A stretch of 64,000 nucleotides of DNA from IMG/VR virus record IMGVR_UViG_3300033073_001071, positions 488-64,487 of that record; one strand, given 5' to 3'. Source of the DNA: a virus. This document shows positions 26,931 through 34,682 of the stretch, piece by piece. The notes under the pieces were generated by a model. The model was given only the letters and a program-made list of their open reading frames with translations, was not told where the DNA came from and did not search any database. Position numbers and translations under genes: made by a program. How positions within the stretch are numbered: position 1 is the stretch's first letter; each line of letters begins with the position of its first letter.

Positions 26931-29588
26931 TTATGCGGGTCTGCGTCCTTGGCGTGGTAAGCTGCCAATCGGGCTAGTAGCGTTTTCGTCACCTATAGTA
27001 CCAGCACGACCTGTGTAGTCCGAAATTCTAACTTCTTTTAGTTTAACTTGTTTTACCTTAGGTATACCAAATGCTCGTTGTGCTTCTAGTAATTTAGCAG
27101 GACCTTGAGCTGCCGTTAAGTACCAACCTTCGCTGTCCTGTGTCATGGCGAAATCTGTGCGTAGTGTTTCAGCAAGTGTGGCTTTTGCTGTGAAATAGAA
27201 GCGTGTTTCTGTTGCTTGTCCAAATTGTGTAGTATTTGCTGGAGTTATGGAATATGCAGGTTTTGTTTGTGCTGTAGATGGAGTTACAAATTTAAGAAGA
27301 TTTCTTATTTGCATCTCTAATTCTTGTATTCTTTCCTCATAATTGCCTGATTCTGCATCTAATTGTTTTAATTCATCATTATGGGCACTCAATGTTGGTT
27401 TCACCACGTCTGCTACTGCAGCGTTTAAAGCAGTAATTTGTCCTGAATCTTGTTTTAACTCTTTTGTCAAATTATCAATTTCGGCATTTAACTTAGCAAT
27501 TTGACTTTCATAGTCTTTGACTTGTCCTACTTTTTCTTTTGCTGTTTGAGCTGCAGTTTCTGCAGCCTTAAACTGTTGTTCCAATCGTTGAATTGCATCT
27601 GCATCAACAGTTTCACCTTGTTGTACATTGGCTATTGCCCGTTCCAGTTCTGCAATTTTATCAGCAGCAACGCCTGTGCCTTGCTGGTCCTGCATTTTTT
27701 GTTCAAGCTCAGCAATTTGTCTTTCCAATGCAGCAGTGGCCGCAGGATCAATGCCAGGTTTTGCTTTTAACTGTTCTAACTTTTGTGTCAAGCCCTGTAG
27801 TTGTCTATTGCTGGCCTGTTCACGCTCAGCACTGACTTTTTCAAAGTCGCCCATTGCAACACGCTGTTTAGCACCGGCGGCTTTTTCTTTTTCTAATTCA
27901 CCGCGATGCTTAGATAATTCTTGACCAGTTAGTTCACCTTGTTTAGCACTAACGCCTAATCTTTCTTCAGCTGCTTTAAGTTCGGCATCTAACTCTTTAT
28001 TAAAGGCCTTGGTCTTTTCTAATTCTTTGAACAGTGCTACTGCTACTTGTTGTTCGGGGGGTACACCTGACAGTCTCTGTGCCTGCACAAAGTTCATCAT
28101 TTTTTGATAGTCTTGTGTGGGCGATTCTTTGGCTTCGTTAGTCTTTTTTTTACCCCAGTTAGCAGCACCTTTTTTGCGACACTGTACTAGCGCACCTGAT
28201 GCATAAGCACTGGGCCATACTTTATAACGACTCTTTACTTTGTGATAGCAAGCATCTTGTTTTTCTGCTAGCATAAGGTCACTGAATGCAGGACCACCAC
28301 ACTCGGGGCACATAGTTTTTTCCTGCATTGTAGATTGTTCATTTTCTGTTACAGCCGGTTGCCCGCTTAATAAATCCATTACCTTTTTAGTAAAGGTCGA
28401 AGCATCAAATACTGCACGATATTGCCACATTAGGCCAATTGGAATGTATAAAATATCATTTTTTAACTGTAGATCAGATTTAATATCAAAAGCAATTGTA
28501 ATTGGAGCTCCGTCTGCTGTTTTAAGTAAATTAGTAAGTCGTTTATCTACATATGGTTTTTTGTAATGATCGTATTGAAAACTTGCATCACTTGTTAGGT
28601 CGTATAAATTTCTTTTGATGAATTGCCAAAGTTTTTTAACATTTGTCAATGTATCTTCGGTTGGGATTACACTTTTATTTTCCGCCACACCTTTCTTATC
28701 CTTAGCAGCATCAGCCTTGTGTTTCAGGTACTGTTTAAGATAGTAAGCTGCCATTGGACCATTGCCTTTGCGACTTGCTGCCACATACGCATCGTGTGCC
28801 AACTTAGCTAGTTCTGCGTGACTGGTAGAGCCTTCCGCTAAACCTTTACCGCCGCCTTGTAGTTTCTTTAGATATTGCGGGAACAATGCGTCAAAGTCTT
28901 GCTGTGCTTGTTTGGGATCTACACCGAACATTTCACTATTAAAGTTGCTAGCACCATATAAGTGAGCATTACCGCCACCTAAATAGTTGTTGGCAACTTG
29001 CTGAACATATTTGCGAATGGCCTGTTGATATAGTTCGTCAGAGCCTTCCGCCACACCTTCATTTGTCTTTTTCTTTGTAGCAACATTCTTAGCAGGGCCT
29101 CTGCGTTCTGGATCGGGATCTTCCCTACGCTTTTTAGCAGCCGCATACTTGCGACCTTTCTTACCTAACGCATGTGCTTTAGCTTGTGGTAAACATTTTG
29201 GCTTACCTTCCGAATCATCACCTCTAGCACAAGCACCGCGAATCTTGCCATCCGGTCCAAAACGAACCCACTTTTCTTTAAACCACTTGCGTAGATCTTC
29301 TTGCAAAGGCGCTTCACCGTCGGGCTCAAGTTCATTAGTTCTGTCGCCGAGATAATTGGCCAAGTCGTCTAGTATTTCTTGTATGGCAATGTCAACATCA
29401 CTCATACTATGAATGTCTTCGGCATCTTCCGCATAGTTCATGACAGCATCGCCAACAACTTCGTGACCATATCGTTTTACAGCTTCGGGATATTGTTGCA
29501 TCAAACCATTAAATAACATTTCAGCCAAGTCAATGGGACTAATATTTTCAAATAGTCTCTTATTGTTATATAAATCCACTAAAAACAT
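26931..29588 (-). CDS. modular (probably virion-internal) polyprotein
   Basis: Short modules separated by LxE/GVAE/TNE sites; basic modules EDLRKWFKEKW and DACYHKVKSRYKVWPSAYASG; long coiled coil. Confidence 0.7.
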   Translation of the reverse strand: MFLVDLYNNKRLFENISPIDLAEMLFNGLMQQYPEAVKRYGHEVVGDAVMNYAEDAEDIHSMSDVDIAIQEILDDLANYLGDRTNELEPDGEAPLQEDLRKWFKEKWVRFGPDGKIRGACARGDDSEGKPKCLPQAKAHALGKKGRKYAAAKKRREDPDPERRGPAKNVATKKKTNEGVAEGSDELYQQAIRKYVQQVANNYLGGGNAHLYGASNFNSEMFGVDPKQAQQDFDALFPQYLKKLQGGGKGLAEGSTSHAELAKLAHDAYVAASRKGNGPMAAYYLKQYLKHKADAAKDKKGVAENKSVIPTEDTLTNVKKLWQFIKRNLYDLTSDASFQYDHYKKPYVDKRLTNLLKTADGAPITIAFDIKSDLQLKNDILYIPIGLMWQYRAVFDASTFTKKVMDLLSGQPAVTENEQSTMQEKTMCPECGGPAFSDLMLAEKQDACYHKVKSRYKVWPSAYASGALVQCRKKGAANWGKKKTNEAKESPTQDYQKMMNFVQAQRLSGVPPEQQVAVALFKELEKTKAFNKELDAELKAAEERLGVSAKQGELTGQELSKHRGELEKEKAAGAKQRVAMGDFEKVSAEREQASNRQLQGLTQKLEQLKAKPGIDPAATAALERQIAELEQKMQDQQGTGVAADKIAELERAIANVQQGETVDADAIQRLEQQFKAAETAAQTAKEKVGQVKDYESQIAKLNAEIDNLTKELKQDSGQITALNAAVADVVKPTLSAHNDELKQLDAESGNYEERIQELEMQIRNLLKFVTPSTAQTKPAYSITPANTTQFGQATETRFYFTAKATLAETLRTDFAMTQDSEGWYLTAAQGPAKLLEAQRAFGIPKVKQVKLKEVRISDYTGRAGTIGDENATSPIGSLPRQGRRPA
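28676..29059 (-). repeat. three copies of AAGGTGTGGCGGAA(GGCTC) encoding G(V/L)AE junctions
   Basis: GCGGAA cores at 29051-29046, 28838-28833 and 28685-28680, spaced 213 and 153 nt in frame. Confidence 0.75.
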
Positions 29589-29589
29589 T

Positions 29590-32500
29590 TTACTTTCCTT
29601 GCTTGGCTAATATACCTGCCTGTTGCAGTGCTGTCTTAAGTGCTCCTGCAGCCACTGGAGTTTCTGCTGCTTTTAACACTAATGGTGTTATTGTACTCAT
29701 AGCCTTTTGTTGTTGAGTATTTAATGGCTTGCCATCGTTGGCATTTACTATGCCCTGTGCAAGTACATCTGGATTAGTTCCAGGAGGAGCAACACTGGCA
29801 ATAGTATCCGCTACACCCCTTGCTGTACTAGTGTCAATGGCTTGGTCTCGCCTCTGTTGTTGCTGTTGTACTGTGCCTGCTTGACTGGTGGCCTGCATAC
29901 CTGCCTGTGTGTCTTGTAGTGCAGGGTTTGTGGCTTGTCTTGCCGCAGCTGTTGCTTGCATTGTTGGATTAGTAGCAATATTGGGCGATTCTTCTTCTTT
30001 GACATTTTTGTCTTTGTCGTCAATGTCACGCAAACGTTGCATTAACTTGCCGAGATCGACGGGTCCATGTTTCTTTTCTTGTTCTTTTGCTTTAACTCGC
30101 AGTCTATCAATCATGTCATCAAACTCGTCATAACTGTAACGACCAGCAACTTTTTTATTGTCGGATTCTCTCATGGCTACTTGTGTTCCTTGTTGTTGTC
30201 TTTGAGCTGCTATTTGACCCCGTGCTACTCTATTTGCCAAAACTGTCTCAAAATTACCAGCTTTAATTTTTCCTAGTTCTGGATTTCTCAGTAAGATTTT
30301 ATTTCTTTCTGCTTGATAAGTTTCGGGATTTGATTTATACTTTGGATCAATCATTGCATCAACTACTAGTTGATTTGGGTCTGCGCTTTTCATTACCCTT
30401 ACTGCACCCTGTGGTCCTAGATAGTGTGCCATATACATAGTGCCTGCATTAATTGGAACATCATTTTGTTGTAGTGTATTGTATTGATCTGCCATGATCG
30501 CACTTTGGATTTTTTCTTGTGCTTCTTTATTAAATAGGTCTGTTGGTTTTAATCCAGCTTTTTTACTGTATTCATCTATAGTACTGGGCATAAAAGCATA
30601 CATACCCACTGCGCCAGTGCCTTTGTCTTTGGCACTGCGTTCTTTTTGCCATGCTTGCAATTCCTGAATGGTCATGTCGGTAATTGGTTTTGGCGGCGGC
30701 ATATACTTATGCACTAAATTGCCATCTTTGTCTATAGTATCACCAAAAGTTGTGTCATAACGGCCTAGTCCTTCTCTTTGACCCATGCCTTTTCTATATT
30801 CTTTATCTTGTTCTGGATTGAATGCAGTTTGTTTTTGTGGTGCAAACGCTGGTGGCAATTGGATTGGTCTGCCATCTGCATCTGTTGTTCCGCCAGATGT
30901 AACGGGTCCACCTTGTGTATCTGTAACAGGTTGTCCTGATCCTGAAACCACAGCATTGGAAGGAGTAGGCTGAATTCTAGCACTAGATCCTGTTGTAGGT
31001 TGAGCAGGTGTTGGTGCAGGTTTACCTGACTGTTTTTGATATTTGTCTAGCAATGCTAAATTTGCTTCTGCACTACCTGCTTTGTAGCCAGCGCCCAATT
31101 CTTTGTCTACAAATGATTGATCTCGTCTGGCTGTTCTGCTTATACCATACTGTGCTAGTTCTTTGCCTACAAGTCCTTCACCGGCAGGTGGTGTTACCGG
31201 TTGTCTTGCTACTGTAGGTGCAGGTGCAACCGATGCTGCAGGCTTAGGTTCAGGCACAGCAGTTGGTGCAGTAGTACCATATGTACTTGATCTTGGATCA
31301 GTTGCGCCAGTTTTTCTTCCGCTGACATCTAGTCCTTGGAGTCCGGCTGGACTTTGACTTGCTGGTGATGCTGTCTTTACTTCAGGTTCTGTTTTAGCAC
31401 TTGCGCCTGTACTGGCAGCAACATCTGCACTTTTAGTCAACGGACCGCTAGCAGCTATTTTAGCTCCGGGTGGTGTCATACTATATGGATCTGCTTCTGC
31501 TTTGCGAATAGCCGCCATATGATCAGCTGCGGTTGCTGGTTTTGGTTCAGGAATACCAGCCTGTTGACGAATTTTTCTAAGTGCTTCCTCTTCGCCTTTA
31601 TTTAACTCTGGAGATATGGTTGCTAACTGAGCTGCTAGACCAACTGAGCCGGGAACTGCCATAGCAATAGCTGAAGGATCAATATCTTTCGGATCCATAG
31701 TTGTTGGTGTTGCTGGTTTTTTAGAAATAGCTTGTGGATAAACTCCAAATGCTGCTCCTCCAGGTCCTTCTACTGGTTTAGTTGCTGTGTCTTGTTCTTT
31801 GAAAGCTTTAAATTTTTCTTCCAGTGTACGGCGAATGACGGAATCTTTTGCGGCCTTGTCGAGTTCACCTAGTACACTTTCTTGTTGTTCTTCGCTGCCG
31901 CCTACCATTTTATTTTTTGCAGCACTGGCAGGGTCTGTGCCTTTCCAGTAACCAGGAAACTTTGGACCAGTTGGTTTCTTTTCTGCTGTGGACATAGTTT
32001 CGATTATGAATAAACTTTTTTGTATGTCGCTCATGTATGTAAAATCACTTTCTTTTAGGTCAGAGTCGATTACTTTGTCTGACCATTTGGTACCACCTGG
32101 TTGCCATATAGTTCCTTTATACCAACGCCAAGGTTTGTCATCTGCCCCAGTAGGAATTGGTATCGGCTTTTGGCTTGGTTCTTTAGGTGTAACTTCGTCG
32201 GGCTTAGGTTTCGGAACTACTTGGGGTTCGGGCATAGTGCCAAGCTCTTCAGGACTATGTGGCACAGGCACTGGAGTAGGTTTAATACTTGAAGGTTCAC
32301 CGGGTTTAGGTTCCGTAGGTTTGGGTTCGCTGGGTTTAGGTTCTGCAGGTTTAGTGGGTGATTCGCCTGGTGTTGGTTGATCAATTTTAGGTTTTGGTTC
32401 TTTTATAGGCTCAAGAGGTTTACCTGGTTCCGGGCCAGTAGGTCTACTAGGAGCTTCTCCTGGTTTAGGTTGATCTATTTTAGGCGGAGCTTCTACTGGT

Positions 32501-32862
32501 TTAATTGGTTCACTCGGTCTAGTAGGAGCTTCTCCTGGTCTAGGTTGATCTATTTTAGGCGGAGGTTCTGCGGGTCTTGGTCTTGGTATTTCAACTGGTC
32601 TTGGTTTAGGTAAAGGTACTCTTAGTCCTGCTAGAGTAGCTAGTTCATCTTTAAAAGCAGGACTGTTTGCTGCTTCAGGACCGTACTTGCCTAATAAACC
32701 TTCGATTTCAGGTAAAAGTCTTTGTATAGTTTGTCTACTTAAATTAGCAGCTTCGGGACCTAATACTTCTAAAGCAGATAATGCAGGTTTGGCCAAAGCC
32801 TGTTCCCACAGTTTTCTTTCTTCAACTTCTTGTAAAAAGTCCTTAAAGCTTTTGTCTGACAT
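29590..32862 (-). CDS. Pro-rich modular protein with a lysozyme/transglycosylase-like domain
   Basis: PKIDQPxPGEAPxRP repeats; C-terminal EGLGRYD...MTIQEL...AVGMYAFMPST...YMAHYLGPQGA lysozyme-like motifs. Confidence 0.65.
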   Translation of the reverse strand: MSDKSFKDFLQEVEERKLWEQALAKPALSALEVLGPEAANLSRQTIQRLLPEIEGLLGKYGPEAANSPAFKDELATLAGLRVPLPKPRPVEIPRPRPAEPPPKIDQPRPGEAPTRPSEPIKPVEAPPKIDQPKPGEAPSRPTGPEPGKPLEPIKEPKPKIDQPTPGESPTKPAEPKPSEPKPTEPKPGEPSSIKPTPVPVPHSPEELGTMPEPQVVPKPKPDEVTPKEPSQKPIPIPTGADDKPWRWYKGTIWQPGGTKWSDKVIDSDLKESDFTYMSDIQKSLFIIETMSTAEKKPTGPKFPGYWKGTDPASAAKNKMVGGSEEQQESVLGELDKAAKDSVIRRTLEEKFKAFKEQDTATKPVEGPGGAAFGVYPQAISKKPATPTTMDPKDIDPSAIAMAVPGSVGLAAQLATISPELNKGEEEALRKIRQQAGIPEPKPATAADHMAAIRKAEADPYSMTPPGAKIAASGPLTKSADVAASTGASAKTEPEVKTASPASQSPAGLQGLDVSGRKTGATDPRSSTYGTTAPTAVPEPKPAASVAPAPTVARQPVTPPAGEGLVGKELAQYGISRTARRDQSFVDKELGAGYKAGSAEANLALLDKYQKQSGKPAPTPAQPTTGSSARIQPTPSNAVVSGSGQPVTDTQGGPVTSGGTTDADGRPIQLPPAFAPQKQTAFNPEQDKEYRKGMGQREGLGRYDTTFGDTIDKDGNLVHKYMPPPKPITDMTIQELQAWQKERSAKDKGTGAVGMYAFMPSTIDEYSKKAGLKPTDLFNKEAQEKIQSAIMADQYNTLQQNDVPINAGTMYMAHYLGPQGAVRVMKSADPNQLVVDAMIDPKYKSNPETYQAERNKILLRNPELGKIKAGNFETVLANRVARGQIAAQRQQQGTQVAMRESDNKKVAGRYSYDEFDDMIDRLRVKAKEQEKKHGPVDLGKLMQRLRDIDDKDKNVKEEESPNIATNPTMQATAAARQATNPALQDTQAGMQATSQAGTVQQQQQRRDQAIDTSTARGVADTIASVAPPGTNPDVLAQGIVNANDGKPLNTQQQKAMSTITPLVLKAAETPVAAGALKTALQQAGILAKQGK
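32295..32610 (-). repeat. imperfect Pro-rich coding repeats
   Basis: Three PKIDQPxPGE units plus EPKP units; DNA repeats such as ggttgatctattttaggcgg. Confidence 0.75.
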
Positions 32863-33281
32863 TACTTTTTACCTTTAGGCTTTTTTTGCTGATAAGTACC
32901 ACCGAACAGTGTACCTGTTTTAGCCTTATTTTTTGGTGTAGGATTTACTACAGTGGCAACACTGCCTGCTGTCATTTCTTGTAGTTGACTGTCTTCTGCC
33001 ACAGCTAATACTTGTTCACTGCCCGCATCTTGTGCAGTCATTAGTTCATATTCCATGTATTCTAAAACTGTCTTAAGATAGTCATTGGCCAATGTAATTT
33101 TGCTGCTGACCCAACCTTCTAGACCATGTGATTCGTCGACATTTCGTAAAAGTTTGTGCAGTCTTAGCGCATATTCTGCTGCATGATAAAGCTCTTCACG
33201 AGCCATTTGCACTTCGTGGTCTTGATGTACTAAATGTGCGTCTTCAACAAAGTTTTCGCCTAAAAAATGTGAACTTTTCAT
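32862..33281 (-). CDS. small modular virion-type protein
   Basis: MKSSHFLGE leader; DHEVQMAREELY...LEGWVSSKITLANDYL; LQE|MTAGSVATV; late-type promoter at 33303-33309. Confidence 0.7.
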   Translation of the reverse strand: MKSSHFLGENFVEDAHLVHQDHEVQMAREELYHAAEYALRLHKLLRNVDESHGLEGWVSSKITLANDYLKTVLEYMEYELMTAQDAGSEQVLAVAEDSQLQEMTAGSVATVVNPTPKNKAKTGTLFGGTYQQKKPKGKK

Positions 33282-33310
33282 AATAATATCCCGGATATTG
33301 TGTATTTAGT

Positions 33311-33601
33311 TTAGATGCTAAACTTGCCATTTGCTAGTGTTCGAAACTTGTTTTCAATAGCAAAGTTAGCTAGTCTAAATCCATGAACAAATTGAGGAAC
33401 TTGATTTATTACTGGTTCTACTTTGATTGTGTGTGTTCCAGGAGCCAATTCTGCTACTAATATTTCTCTGACCCATTGGTTTGGATTACGCCATATGTAA
33501 GTGCGTTCAGTATATAAATCGTCATTTATATAAAGTCGATATGCGGGAGGTTCAGACTGCCAGTCGCATAAAACATCAACTTCAATTTGTAGAACTCGCA
33601 C
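33311..33601 (-). CDS. hypothetical beta-rich protein
   Basis: 96 aa, PPAYRLYINDDLYTERTY. Confidence 0.65.
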   Translation of the reverse strand: MRVLQIEVDVLCDWQSEPPAYRLYINDDLYTERTYIWRNPNQWVREILVAELAPGTHTIKVEPVINQVPQFVHGFRLANFAIENKFRTLANGKFSI

Positions 33602-34682
33602 GTTTCTTACCTCTACGCATATTTAACTGCCAACGTGCCATGCGACCTTTTTCACCTGGAGCATCTTTTAGTTTTTCTAGTTGTGCTATTGAAGCACCCT
33701 TGGGGATTCCTACTCTTTGACTAAGTCCTTTACGCCCAGGATTGCGGCCATCTGCAAAGTTTTCTCCAACATTGTAAGTAGGATCTACTTTTTGACGCGG
33801 CATGCCCTTGGGTTGTTTTGGGTCAATGGGGTCTATGTCTGTAGTAGTAAGTCCAGTTTTTTCTAAGTCTTTAATATACTTGTGTTCTTCGTCCTCACTA
33901 CCAAAACTAAAGATAGTGCTGGGAGGTCCCTGTCCAAAATCATGATGTCCTAAACCTTTAAGGTTGCTGATATGTTGTCCTAGTTTATACCAGTCATATA
34001 CATCACTAACATCTACCCTTACAGTGCCCGCAGGCATTGTGGGCTTAAATTCAGGTCCAGGTGGAGTATCATTGGGATGCCAATCTTCTTCTACTTCTGT
34101 AGCTGAACCTTTTGATCCTATGTAATAAGCATTAAACTTAACATCGGGATATTCTGCGGCTAACTCTTTGAACACACGAAGATTAGTCATGCTGTCATCG
34201 TACAAACTTACTTGACGATACTTACCTGTGTCCAAGTATCTGCGAACCCAAACAGCTTTTTTGTACGCAGGGTTAGTATTGCCTGGTAAGTTACCAGCAC
34301 GATGCACATGCACACGGCTCATATCAATGCCCAGTCGTTTAAAAGTATCTAAAAAAGTATCGCGGTCATCAAAGTCTGCTCTTGCTGTCAACATGATAAC
34401 ACGGCCACGAGTATAAGCCAATATCGCCTTTAACTCGCGAATCATTGGTTTGATTGGTGTGCTTTCTCTTGAAAACTTTTCTGCATCTTCAAATTCACTG
34501 AAGTCAAATTGTTCGCCTGGTTCTAACTTGTAATTGTTGAACTGTTGATTGGTTAATTCTTTAACAACTTTGCCGTCTTTTACCACACGGATTTTTGCTG
34601 TAGTATGCAACAGCGTATCGTCTATATCAAATATAGTCAGTGTACCCTGTGGTTGAACTCTAACAAATTCACTGGCTCTCAT
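33582..34682 (-). CDS. HAD-family phosphatase fused to small modules
   Basis: TIFDIDDT, LTAR, K and YDDS HAD motifs; followed by VEE| and VGE|NFADGRNPGRKG modules. Confidence 0.75.
   Translation of the reverse strand: MRASEFVRVQPQGTLTIFDIDDTLLHTTAKIRVVKDGKVVKELTNQQFNNYKLEPGEQFDFSEFEDAEKFSRESTPIKPMIRELKAILAYTRGRVIMLTARADFDDRDTFLDTFKRLGIDMSRVHVHRAGNLPGNTNPAYKKAVWVRRYLDTGKYRQVSLYDDSMTNLRVFKELAAEYPDVKFNAYYIGSKGSATEVEEDWHPNDTPPGPEFKPTMPAGTVRVDVSDVYDWYKLGQHISNLKGLGHHDFGQGPPSTIFSFGSEDEEHKYIKDLEKTGLTTTDIDPIDPKQPKGMPRQKVDPTYNVGENFADGRNPGRKGLSQRVGIPKGASIAQLEKLKDAPGEKGRMARWQLNMRRGKKRASSTN

Noticed and set aside
28676-29059. Repeat-spacer pattern as a possible CRISPR array
   Set aside because: Only three short degenerate repeats, 153-213 nt apart, in frame within a CDS, with no cas genes
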